A stretch of DNA of 32,393 nt from an uncultured Candidatus Saccharibacteria bacterium (GCA_964363825.1 CAYIJR010000002.1:1-32393), one strand, 5' to 3'; numbered from the stretch's first letter, positions 1 to 8,248 are shown. The notes: generated from the sequence alone by a model not told the origin. Made by a program: numbers and translations.

Positions 1-116
1 CTTTTAACAAAGCCCGGGCCGAATTTTTGAAAGTGGACAAAGATGTGGTGAAAATAACCGATGGCGACTTGAAGATAAAAATTGGCGAGGTTTCTGCCCC
101 GAATCTTGACGAATAG
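1..116 (+). CDS. 3' end of an unidentified CDS entering from the left window edge
   Basis: Frame from nt 3 is open to TAG 114-116 (FNKARAEFLKVDKDVVKITDGDLKIKIGEVSAPNLDE*). Too short to assign a family. Confidence 0.3.
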   Translation, partial: FNKARAEFLKVDKDVVKITDGDLKIKIGEVSAPNLDE

Positions 117-149
117 GGTTATTTTTGATAAACTACATAGTAATGTTTG

Positions 150-179
150 TCTCGCTACGCGAGATCTGGCGTAGCCAGA
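150..179 (+). promoter_or_regulatory. Twin short hairpins directly upstream of rplU (possible ribosomal-protein leader)
   Basis: tctcgc-tac-gcgaga (150-164) is followed at once by tctggc-gta-gccaga (165-179). The rplU ATG follows 10 nt later with no obvious SD. Confidence 0.3.
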
Positions 180-189
180 CAGTTATACA

Positions 190-504
190 ATGTTAGCTGT
201 TATCAAAACCGGCGGAAAACAATACTTGGTCCAGCCCGGGGATAAAATTAAAGTGGAAAAACTGGAAAAAGAAGACGGGAAAGAGATAACTTTCCACGAG
301 GTTTTGTTATTGGATAAAAACAAACATACTGAAATTGGGACTCCTTTTGTCAAAGGCGCCGAAGTAAAAGCGAAGGTTTTGGGCCAAGTAAAAGGAGAAA
401 AACTGATTATTTTTAAATATAAACCGAAGAAAAGATATAAAAGGAAAATCGGCCATAGGCAAAAATTCACCGAAGTTGAAATTGTAGGGATAGAGGTTAA
501 GTAA
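190..504 (+). CDS. rplU: 50S ribosomal protein L21
   Basis: 104 aa with the canonical L21 N-terminus MLAVIKTGGKQYLVQPGDKIKVEKL. Confidence 0.93.
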   Translation: MLAVIKTGGKQYLVQPGDKIKVEKLEKEDGKEITFHEVLLLDKNKHTEIGTPFVKGAEVKAKVLGQVKGEKLIIFKYKPKKRYKRKIGHRQKFTEVEIVGIEVK

Positions 505-531
505 AACTCGCTTGGCGCGAGTTTTTATTTT
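504..531 (+). terminator. Rho-independent terminator of rplU
   Basis: aaaactcgc-ttggc-gcgagtttt followed by tattttt, immediately after the stop codon. Confidence 0.65.
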
Positions 532-568
532 TACGGAAGTTCTTTTCACAACAGAAGGAAAGAGCATT

Positions 569-1066
569 ATGAAAAAATCAAAATCAGCCAAGGTTTCAGT
601 AAGATCGCTGGAATTTTTCTACGCGGTCACCATGAACTCCGCTTGGAAGGTAGTCATTGGAAACGAACGGTGGACGCCGTATATTTTAAAAATAGCGGAG
701 AATGAAGAAAGCAACCAGCTTGTAGGCACCTGCTTGGGTAATGGTAAGTTACTTTCTATTGGCAATCAATTGGTTCTTTTTGAGCCGGAAGTTGGCACCC
801 ACATGAGTCCCAAGTACGAAAAGGAGGTCGCGAAAGTGGATGCCAGTCTTTATTGGGGAGGAGTGACCTCGCGGGTTGTCGCATTGTTTCTGGATGAAGC
901 AATGGCGCTGGATTGCTTGAAAACACAATGTTTGGAAGTCTGCGCCCAGCGGTGGAAAGAAAACACCAAGGAGGTTTTAAGGCTCATTGGACTCAACCAC
1001 CCCAAATGTTCCATCTCGCTTCTGCCTGGCACTTGGTTGATGCCCCTCAAAGAATGGCAGAAGTGA
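569..1066 (+). CDS. Hypothetical protein (165 aa), no recognisable motif
   Basis: ORF-track frame 512..1066. The first ATG is at 569 (MKKSKSAKVS...). It lies between two terminators. Sampled lines are near 48-50% GC, above the neighbours. Confidence 0.5.
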   Translation: MKKSKSAKVSVRSLEFFYAVTMNSAWKVVIGNERWTPYILKIAENEESNQLVGTCLGNGKLLSIGNQLVLFEPEVGTHMSPKYEKEVAKVDASLYWGGVTSRVVALFLDEAMALDCLKTQCLEVCAQRWKENTKEVLRLIGLNHPKCSISLLPGTWLMPLKEWQK

Positions 1067-1076
1067 TTGCGCAAGC

Positions 1077-1106
1077 AAAGAGCGACCCCTTGGGAAGCTC
1101 TTTTTT
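1077..1106 (+). terminator. Rho-independent terminator
   Basis: aaagagc ... gctcttt stem with an inner ccc/ggg pairing, followed by a T-run at 1101-1106. Confidence 0.7.
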
Positions 1107-1193
1107 CTTAAGACCTACTAAATAAAGGTTTCCGCAAGCGGAATGCCGATCATTGACCTTTCGGTCCATTCTTTTTTGTAGTAGAAATAATAT

Positions 1194-1982
1194 ATGCAAA
1201 AAGAAGTTGGATGGTTATTAAAAGAAAAATATGGAGGGGTCAAAACTCCGGCTTTTGATAAAGATGTTAAACGGCTCAACGCCGATGAGCCGTTAGATTA
1301 CGTTATTGGATTTACGGAGTTTTTAGATTGTAAAATAGACTTGTCCAAAAAACCTTTGATTCCGCGCCCCGAAACCGAATTTTGGGTTCAGAAAGCAATA
1401 GAAGAAATATACCCTGATTTTGTAAGCTTACAAAATCAGGGTATAAGGGTTTTGGATATATTTTCGGGCTCGGGATGTATCGGCATTTCTATTGTGGCCC
1501 AGCTAAGCGGGCCAACCCCGCCCAGCGGGGTGCGTCAGATTCTTATTGTGCGACAGATGGTTTTTGCCGAAAAAGAAAAGAAATTTTTAGAGCAAATAAA
1601 AATCAATTGTAAAATAAATAATATTGATAAAAAAAGATATAAGATAATACAATCAGATGTTTTTTCTAATGTAAAAGGGAAATTTAATTACATTTTTGCC
1701 AATCCGCCGTATATTCCAAAAAACAGAAAAAATAAAGTCCAGTCATCGGTTTTAAAATACGAACCAAAGCAGGCGTTGTTTGGGGGAGAAGATGGCTTGT
1801 TGTATATCAGGAAATTTTTGGCCTCGGCCAAAAATTTCCTGAGCCCCGGTGGCAAAATTTTCATGGAATTTGACTATATTCAAAAAATACAGATTGAGGA
1901 GATGCTTAAAAATTATAACTATAAAAACTGGGAATTCCACAAAGATCAATATGGCAAATGGCGCTGGGTTGTTGTACAATAG
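1194..1982 (+). CDS. prmC: Release-factor glutamine N5-methyltransferase (HemK/PrmC)
   Basis: SAM-binding motif [12 protein letters not shown] and catalytic FANPPY (NPPY). The length and order are HemK-like. Confidence 0.88.
   Translation: MQKEVGWLLKEKYGGVKTPAFDKDVKRLNADEPLDYVIGFTEFLDCKIDLSKKPLIPRPETEFWVQKAIEEIYPDFVSLQNQGIRVLDIFSGSGCIGISIVAQLSGPTPPSGVRQILIVRQMVFAEKEKKFLEQIKINCKINNIDKKRYKIIQSDVFSNVKGKFNYIFANPPYIPKNRKNKVQSSVLKYEPKQALFGGEDGLLYIRKFLASAKNFLSPGGKIFMEFDYIQKIQIEEMLKNYNYKNWEFHKDQYGKWRWVVVQ
1497..1550 (+). repeat. 54-nt in-frame GC-hairpin insertion inside prmC, bounded by direct repeat TATTGTG
   Basis: TATTGTG occurs at 1490-1496 and 1544-1550. Between them lie two hairpin units: ggccc..gggcc (1496-1513) and ccccgc-cca-gcgggg (1516-1530). 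The segment encodes [18 protein letters not shown] between the SAM motif and the following helix. Confidence 0.85.
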
Positions 1983-2007
1983 ATTTATAATTATCTAATT
2001 TTTAACT

Positions 2008-2601
2008 ATGAACACCAATAAACAATCAGGGGAAATCTCAAGGGTACTTTTGGCTTTGGCTATCGTGACTCTTATTATTGTCGCAGTCGTGTATTTGGTA
2101 ATCAGGATTACTGATTCAAGAAGCGTCCAAAATCCCAGCCAGCAGAATGGCTCTGTGACCGAAGAACCGCCCAAACCCGTTTATGAAACCCAGCTTGGAG
2201 ATGTGAAATTTTCCGTCCAATCAGCCGTTGATTTGGGGAATGTTTTAAAGGGAGACCTGCAAAAAGGCCAAAAGGATTTAAAAACCACCGAAAAGTTCAT
2301 TTGGGTGGTGGTTGGCGCGCAAAACAAAAGCAAGGTCAATCTGCCGCAGTATTCATGGGACTTGGGCAATATTGTTGACGAAGAAGGCAGGAATTTCGTA
2401 CCCATAACCAACCAAGCATATTTTTGGCTGCCGGTTCCGGATTTATGCGGCGCCCTTTTAAAGCCCGAATTTGACCCAATTCCTTGCACGCGGCTTTACG
2501 AAGTTTCAAAAGAATCAACCAAGCTGAAAATACAGGTTTTAACTTTGTCTGCAACTTCGTCTAAGAAAGATCAAGCCCTTTTGGATTTAAATGTTCGCTA
2601 A
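2008..2601 (+). CDS. Membrane-anchored hypothetical protein (N-terminal TM helix, extracytoplasmic domain)
   Basis: ISRVLLALAIVTLIIVAVVYLVI TM segment followed by a beta-rich domain. No catalytic motif. Confidence 0.6.
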   Translation: MNTNKQSGEISRVLLALAIVTLIIVAVVYLVIRITDSRSVQNPSQQNGSVTEEPPKPVYETQLGDVKFSVQSAVDLGNVLKGDLQKGQKDLKTTEKFIWVVVGAQNKSKVNLPQYSWDLGNIVDEEGRNFVPITNQAYFWLPVPDLCGALLKPEFDPIPCTRLYEVSKESTKLKIQVLTLSATSSKKDQALLDLNVR

Positions 2602-2995
2602 TATGGTTAAAAAAGAAGAAAAAAAAATAGACGACCATGGGCAAGAAACCGATATTGAAAAGGAATTATCGCCATCTCCAGAAAAACTGGCAGAATTTGA
2701 TGATGTGAAGGAAACTATTCCCGGCCAGGAAGCAATTTCCAAGGAGGAGTTAATGAAAGAAGTGGAAAATATGGATTCAGATGACAGCTTGAATATGCAG
2801 GCCCAAAGCCAGGCCCAGGATATAAAATCATTAGAGGAAGAGAAAAAGCTGAAGAAATTATTGGATCTTGCCAGGGCCAAAGGCGTGATTTACGCCGTCA
2901 ATGTTGCCAAAAAAATGGACGATCCTTATGTGCTGGATAAATTTCACGACTTATTGGCGGAACAGGGATACTACAAAAAGTTCATGAAAGAGTAA
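2591..2995 (+). CDS. Acidic hypothetical protein (start 2591 or 2603)
   Basis: Glu/Asp/Lys-rich 134-aa ORF that overlaps the upstream stop. No motif recognised. Confidence 0.5.
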   Translation: MFANMVKKEEKKIDDHGQETDIEKELSPSPEKLAEFDDVKETIPGQEAISKEELMKEVENMDSDDSLNMQAQSQAQDIKSLEEEKKLKKLLDLARAKGVIYAVNVAKKMDDPYVLDKFHDLLAEQGYYKKFMKE

Positions 2996-3024
2996 TCACG
3001 AATATACAAATTAAAATTAATATA

Positions 3025-3064
3025 CAAATATACGAATAACGACGATTTATATATTCGTATATTT
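3025..3064 (+). terminator. Word-repeat hairpin after the 2591..2995 ORF
   Basis: caaatatacgaata (3025-3038) pairs with tattcgtatatttg (3051-3064). The same ATACAAAT/ATACGAAT words recur on both sides across 3001-3085. Confidence 0.45.
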
Positions 3065-3098
3065 GCGAGTATTTGTATATTCGCGACTACTCCAATTT

Positions 3099-5546
3099 AT
3101 GCCTCTTATTATATACGCCCTCATCTTAGTTCTCTTTTTGTTATTGTTGGGTTTTTTTATTGCTCTTTTTTCTGAAAAGTCAGAAAAAAATTCGGTCTTT
3201 GGAAAACTGGAAACAGTTTTGTTTTTAGTTTTAATGCCAAAAAACGAATTAAAAAAAGATGATCAAGCGCAAAAAGAAGAGAAGCTTATTATTTCCCAGA
3301 TGGAGCAGGTGCTGGCCAATTTTTTATATTTAAAAAAGCCCAAGTTATTTGGCGAAATTCCATCAGTGGCTTTAGAAATCGCTTCAGAAACCGGCAACCA
3401 GGATATCTCTTTTTATGTTTCCGTCCCAAAATATTTAGAGACCGTCTTTGAAAAGTATGTGCAAGGAGTATATCCGCAGGCTATCGTGGACAAGGTGCCG
3501 CAGGATTATACGGTTTTTGAACCGCTTGGCCAAACAGCCGGGGCTTATTTAAGATTAACCGACAGCGCCCTATTTCCCATCAGCACTTACCAAAAACTGG
3601 AGAAAGACCCTTTGTCCACCATCACCAATAATTTAAATAAAATTGCAACCAATGAAGGGGCGGCCATACAATTGATTATCAGGCCGCTTTCTGCTTCTTA
3701 TATGAGGAAAAAAGGGGAAAAAGCTCTGCAAAAAATCAGGGAAGGCAAGCACGTCAGGAAAGCTGTATCAGAGGTAATGGAAAACCCTTTTATCGGCGTG
3801 CTGTCAGAAATTTTCCAGAGCGCTCCCAAAAAACCGAAAGACGTGCCGGATTTACAAAAAAAAGAACAGGGGATTGACCAGGTCGGGTATGATGCCATCC
3901 AAAGCAAAATCCAAAAACAGCCCTTTGAAACTAATATACGGTTGATTGCTTCGGCAAATACAAAAGAAAGGGCCGAAGACATTGTCAGCCATTTGGTGAG
4001 CGCTTTCAGCCAATTTTCACTATCGGCGACCAATAGTTTGGATGCAGTTTGGGTCAAGGGGGGCGCTTTGAAAAAATTTGTTTATGATGTCAGTTTCAGG
4101 AACTTTAACTCAAGGCAGAGGAACATTTTAAATACCGAAGAACTGGCCAGTATGTATCATTTCCCGACTTCGTTTACCGAAACGCCATATATTAAGGGTA
4201 TGAAGTCAAAAGTGGCGGCGCCTCCATCGGATTTGCCGGAAAAGGGGATTAACTTGATTGGTAAAGTAGTATTCCGCGGAGAAGAGAAAAAGGTGTATTT
4301 TGCTTCAAAGGACGACCGCCGCCGGCATTTTTATATTGTGGGACAGACCGGCACCGGAAAATCCGCTTTTTTGGAAAATATGATAAACCAGGACATTGCC
4401 AATGGCGAAGGCGTGGCGGTAGTGGACCCCCATGGCGAAACCGTGGAGCATGTGCTGGCCAATATTCCCAAAGACAGGATTGACGATGTGGTGCTTTTTG
4501 AGCCGTTTGACTTGGAAAGGCCCATGGGATTGAATATGTTAGAATACGATACGCCAGAACAAAAAGATTTTGCGGTGCAGGAAATGATCGCCATTTTTTA
4601 CAAATTATTCCCGCCCGAAATCATTGGCCCGATGTTTGAGCATTACATGCGAAACGCCATGCTGGCTTTGATGGCCGATCCGCAAAATCCGGGGACACTG
4701 GTGGAAATTCCCAAAATGTTTACCGATCCGGCATTTTTGCAGGAAAGGTTGGATAAAGTTTCCGACCCGGTAGTCAAAAATTTCTGGGTCAAAGAGTGGG
4801 CGCAGACCACGGGCAATACAAGATCGGACATGCTGGGGTATGTGGTTTCCAAAGTCGGGCGATTTATTGAAAACGAAATGATGCGCAATATTATCGGTCA
4901 AAGCCGTTCGGGGTTTGATTTGGCGGAAATCATGGACAACGGTAAAATATTTTTGGCTAATTTGTCAAAGGGCCAAACCGGGGAAGTCAACAGTTCGCTT
5001 TTGGGGCTGATTTTGGTTTCCAAAATCCAAATGGCGGCTATGAAACGGGCCAGGATGCCCGAAAGCCAGCGCAAAGATTTTTATTTGTATGTAGACGAAT
5101 TCCAGAATTTCACTACAGATTCCATTTCCACCATTTTGTCTGAAGCCAGAAAATACAAATTAAATTTGACCATTGCCCACCAGTACATTCCCCAGTTAAC
5201 CGACCAGATTAAAAACGCCGTGCTGGGAAACGTGGGAACCATTGGCGCTTTTCGTATTGGCGCCGAAGATGCCGAATATTTGGAAAAGCAGTTTGAGCCG
5301 GGCTTTTCGCGCTTTGACTTGGTCAATTTGGACAACTTCAGTTTGGTAATAAAAATGATGCTCAACAACAAAACATCCACGCCTTTTAAAATGGAAACCT
5401 ATCCGCCCAAAGAGGGCAAAAACCAAATCATAGACCCCATCAAAAAAATCTCAAAATTAAAATACGGCAAGCCCAAAGCCATGGTAGAGCAAGACATCGC
5501 CCGGCGGTCGTTCGTCTCGCCTTTGCCACCGCCAAGTAACACTTAA
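3099..5546 (+). CDS. VirD4/TraG/TraD-like coupling-type P-loop ATPase with N-terminal TM segment
   Basis: Walker A IVGQTGTGKSAF, Walker B FYLYVDEFQNF, and a TraG-D_C-like ARKYKLNLTIAHQYIPQL. The N-terminus PLIIYALILVLFLLLLGFFIALF is hydrophobic. ATG 3099 is preferred over the track's TTG 3063. Confidence 0.8.
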   Translation: MPLIIYALILVLFLLLLGFFIALFSEKSEKNSVFGKLETVLFLVLMPKNELKKDDQAQKEEKLIISQMEQVLANFLYLKKPKLFGEIPSVALEIASETGNQDISFYVSVPKYLETVFEKYVQGVYPQAIVDKVPQDYTVFEPLGQTAGAYLRLTDSALFPISTYQKLEKDPLSTITNNLNKIATNEGAAIQLIIRPLSASYMRKKGEKALQKIREGKHVRKAVSEVMENPFIGVLSEIFQSAPKKPKDVPDLQKKEQGIDQVGYDAIQSKIQKQPFETNIRLIASANTKERAEDIVSHLVSAFSQFSLSATNSLDAVWVKGGALKKFVYDVSFRNFNSRQRNILNTEELASMYHFPTSFTETPYIKGMKSKVAAPPSDLPEKGINLIGKVVFRGEEKKVYFASKDDRRRHFYIVGQTGTGKSAFLENMINQDIANGEGVAVVDPHGETVEHVLANIPKDRIDDVVLFEPFDLERPMGLNMLEYDTPEQKDFAVQEMIAIFYKLFPPEIIGPMFEHYMRNAMLALMADPQNPGTLVEIPKMFTDPAFLQERLDKVSDPVVKNFWVKEWAQTTGNTRSDMLGYVVSKVGRFIENEMMRNIIGQSRSGFDLAEIMDNGKIFLANLSKGQTGEVNSSLLGLILVSKIQMAAMKRARMPESQRKDFYLYVDEFQNFTTDSISTILSEARKYKLNLTIAHQYIPQLTDQIKNAVLGNVGTIGAFRIGAEDAEYLEKQFEPGFSRFDLVNLDNFSLVIKMMLNNKTSTPFKMETYPPKEGKNQIIDPIKKISKLKYGKPKAMVEQDIARRSFVSPLPPPSNT
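5381..5516 (+). repeat. Direct repeat copy 1 (functional 3' end of the ATPase gene)
   Basis: Matches 6373-6508 at 124 of 136 positions with no gaps (hand alignment). Confidence 0.9.
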
Positions 5547-5664
5547 TTGAAATTTTAATCTGCGTATGACAATAGAAAGCCCTGGGTCAAAGCTCCGGGG
5601 TATTTTGTCGAGAAAATAAATTAATATAGTATAGGTTGTTTTTAATATCTGTGGTATAGTAAAA

Positions 5665-5967
5665 ATGACTAAAATGATGGTAATAAACGCAATAAAAGTT
5701 AAGATAAAAAGCGCAGAGCCTTTTTTGAAGGAAAAATTCCGAGTCAAAAAAATCGGTATTTTCGGTTCGTATTCAAGGGGCGAGCAGAGAAAGAATAGTG
5801 ATATTGATATTCTCGTTGAATTTTATGAAGAACCAAGTTTGTTTGAATTTATACGGTTAGAGCGATACTTAAAGAGTATTTTAAAAATTAAAGTTGATTT
5901 GGTGATGAAAGATTCCTTAAAGCCATACATCGGAAAGCGTATTTTAGACGAAGTAATTTATGTATGA
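5665..5967 (+). CDS. mntA: MntA-type minimal nucleotidyltransferase (antitoxin of HepT/MntA module)
   Basis: GSYSRGEQRKNSDIDILV is the GSxxRG...DxD pol-beta NTase motif. 100 aa. 4-nt ATGA overlap with the next gene. Confidence 0.85.
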   Translation: MTKMMVINAIKVKIKSAEPFLKEKFRVKKIGIFGSYSRGEQRKNSDIDILVEFYEEPSLFEFIRLERYLKSILKIKVDLVMKDSLKPYIGKRILDEVIYV

Positions 5968-6302
5968 AAAAGAGCTCACCAAAAAGGGAGTATAAAAATT
6001 ACGTTTTAGATATTTACCATTCAACAGAAGAAATTGAAAAGTTTGTTGAAGGTTTTACTTTTGAAAAATTTCAGAGTGACAGGAAAACCGTTTACGCTGT
6101 TATCCGCGCCATTGAAATTATTGGCGAGGCGATAAAAAACATTCCCTCGTCGGTAAAAAGCAAACATAAAGAAATTCCATGGCAAGACGCGGCAGATATG
6201 AGAAATAAATTGATACATGAATATTTCGGCGTAAATCTAAAAGTGGTTTGGAAGGCCGTAGAAAAAGATGTTCCGGACTTCAAAATAAAATGCTGGAGTT
6301 AA
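5964..6302 (+). CDS. hepT: HepT-type HEPN toxin (DUF86)
   Basis: RNKLIHEY is the Rx4H HEPN motif followed by the conserved Tyr. 112 aa. Translationally coupled to the NTase gene. Confidence 0.85.
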   Translation: MKKSSPKREYKNYVLDIYHSTEEIEKFVEGFTFEKFQSDRKTVYAVIRAIEIIGEAIKNIPSSVKSKHKEIPWQDAADMRNKLIHEYFGVNLKVVWKAVEKDVPDFKIKCWS

Positions 6303-6372
6303 TGAAGGAATTGGATATTAGCAAAGAGACCCATAGGTTGGTTTGATTAAAAATAGGTGAGTTACTTATTAA

Positions 6373-6529
6373 GCCTTTTAAAATGGAAACCTACCCACCC
6401 AAAGAAGGCAGAAACCAAATTATAGACCCGATTAAAAAAATCTCAAAATTAAAATACGTCAAGCCCAAAGCGATGGTGGAACAAGACATCGCCCGGCGGT
6501 CGTTTGTCCAACAATCGCCGATACAATAA
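6373..6529 (+). pseudogene. Orphan relic copy of the ATPase gene 3' end (direct repeat copy 2 plus its own tail and stop)
   Basis: In-frame PFKMETYPPKEGRNQIIDPIKKISKLKYVKPKAMVEQDIARRSFVQQSPIQ*. A TGA stop lies upstream in the same frame at 6344-6346. Confidence 0.85.
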
Positions 6530-6553
6530 TAACCAGGTGGACTCTGGGGCTTT

Positions 6554-6588
6554 AACAAACGCTTCAATCATAGATTGAAGCGTTTGTT
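6554..6588 (+). terminator. Strong hairpin, probably the original terminator of the ATPase gene
   Basis: A 16-bp perfect stem: aacaaacgcttcaatc (6554-6569) pairs with gattgaagcgtttgtt (6573-6588). The trailing T-run is weak. Confidence 0.55.
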
Positions 6589-6622
6589 TACAAGAAAGTT
6601 TTAATTTGATATCTTGTACTAT

Positions 6623-7072
6623 ATGGTTCAGGAAGATAATTTTTCTATAAAAGAGATTGTTCAATATAATGATTATGATCTCAAAGGGCTAAATAAACTT
6701 TTGCGCCAGTGGTCGGCAACGGGATATCAAATGGATGCCGGTTATTTTAAATCTTTAATCAAGCATAGCCACGTTATTTTATTGTGCGACAAGAAAAAAG
6801 TTATCGGCACGGTTACCTTAATTCCCGTGCATAAACTTTCGGGCAAGAAGGGATCTTTGGAACATTTGATAGTGGATGAAAAATATCGGGGCAGGGGATT
6901 AGGGGAAAAGTTAATGCGTCATGCTATTGAACTTGCCAAAACACTAAACATGGAAACAGTGTTTTTAACCTATGAACCAGACCGGGTCGCGGCGGGTTCG
7001 CTTTATAAAAAATTGGGGTTTAAAATAAAAAAAACAAATTTTTGTTATTTGCACTTAAAAAATGGAAAATAA
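6623..7072 (+). CDS. GNAT family N-acetyltransferase
   Basis: Motif A is LIVDEKYRGRGLGEKLMRHAIELAK. ATG 6623 is preferred to TTG 6614. Confidence 0.8.
   Translation: MVQEDNFSIKEIVQYNDYDLKGLNKLLRQWSATGYQMDAGYFKSLIKHSHVILLCDKKKVIGTVTLIPVHKLSGKKGSLEHLIVDEKYRGRGLGEKLMRHAIELAKTLNMETVFLTYEPDRVAAGSLYKKLGFKIKKTNFCYLHLKNGK
6779..6792 (+). repeat. Copy of the TTATTGTGCGACAA word (inside the GNAT gene, read L-L-C-D-K)
   Basis: Exact ttattgtgcgacaa. Confidence 0.9.
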
Positions 7073-8216
7073 TATAAAAATTTCAGCTCTAACATTAGAC
7101 ATTCAAAAAGACGGATGGGAAACATCCAAAGGTTTTATCAAAAGAGAAGTTGATATGCCGGTGTTGGACGAAATTAAAAATCCAAAAGACGCTTTATCTG
7201 TTATTTTAAAAATACAATACGCGGGAGTTTGCGGGTCCGACCGCGGAATTTGGAACCGCCAGGCCTTTAAAAATTTATTATACAGTTCGCTTGATAAAGA
7301 AAACAAAGATATGAGAATTTTGGGCCACGAATTTTTTGGCGTAATTGAAAGCGCGGGCAGTAAAGTGGCAGGGGAGTACGGCTTATTAGCAGGAGATGGC
7401 GTTTCTGGGGATTCCCATGTGACTTGCGGTGAATGTTACCAATGCAAAATAGGGGAAAACAATGTGTGTACTAATGAGGCTATTTTGGGAATTTCCATTG
7501 ACGGGATATTCGCTGAATATGTAAAAGTTCCGGCAAAAAATTTGTGGAAAATTAATACCGAAAAAGTCCGGCCGGAAATTGCCGCTATTTACGACCCTTT
7601 TGGAAATGCGGTCCATGCTGTTTCAAAGGCAATCTCAAAAAACCAGAGCGTGGCGATTTTTGGGGCAGGCCCCATCGGGCTTTTTGCTGTGGCATTGCAA
7701 AAACATTTTGGAGCCTCAAAAATCATTGTTGCAGACATTAACAGCCAAAACCTCCAAATGGCTAAAAAAATGGGGGCGGATGAAGTGATACTGATTAATG
7801 AAAAAGAAAATGCGGCCGAGCAAGTAAAAACCATGACTTACGGCGTTGGGGCCGATATTGTAATGGAAATGGCGGGACCTCTTTCTTCTGTGATTGCTTG
7901 TATAAATAGCGCAAGAAGGGGCGGGCACGTTATTTTATTTGGCATAAAAGACGGGGATTTCACTATTCCCGGTTTTTCTGGCATTATTACCAAAGGGCTG
8001 ACGTTGCACGGCGTTATCGGAAGGCGGATTTTTGAAACCTGGAAAACATCAGAAAAAGTGCTTTCTGAAAAATCAAATGGCGTGCAAGATAAAATATGGG
8101 ACGTGATGTTAAAAAAAGGAGAAGGGACAATTTTACCTTTTGAAAATTATAAAATTGAGGATTTTGAAAAATCAATGCAAGAGAATCCAAAAGTAATTTT
8201 TAAATTTACAAAATAA
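7062..8216 (+). CDS. tdh: Zn-dependent alcohol-dehydrogenase family, probably L-threonine 3-dehydrogenase
   Basis: GHEFFGVIESAG and the structural-zinc motif CGECYQCKIGENNVC. A Rossmann motif AIFGAGPIGL. Sits immediately upstream of kbl. Confidence 0.7.
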   Translation: MENNIKISALTLDIQKDGWETSKGFIKREVDMPVLDEIKNPKDALSVILKIQYAGVCGSDRGIWNRQAFKNLLYSSLDKENKDMRILGHEFFGVIESAGSKVAGEYGLLAGDGVSGDSHVTCGECYQCKIGENNVCTNEAILGISIDGIFAEYVKVPAKNLWKINTEKVRPEIAAIYDPFGNAVHAVSKAISKNQSVAIFGAGPIGLFAVALQKHFGASKIIVADINSQNLQMAKKMGADEVILINEKENAAEQVKTMTYGVGADIVMEMAGPLSSVIACINSARRGGHVILFGIKDGDFTIPGFSGIITKGLTLHGVIGRRIFETWKTSEKVLSEKSNGVQDKIWDVMLKKGEGTILPFENYKIEDFEKSMQENPKVIFKFTK

Positions 8217-8224
8217 TCATGTTC

Positions 8225-8248
8225 TTGTGGCCGCTATAGCGGCCACAA
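8225..8248. repeat. Perfect 24-nt palindrome between tdh and kbl
   Basis: ttgtggccgcta/tagcggccacaa. The core ggccgc-tata-gcggcc resembles the hairpin units in prmC and in the composite repeats. Confidence 0.9.
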
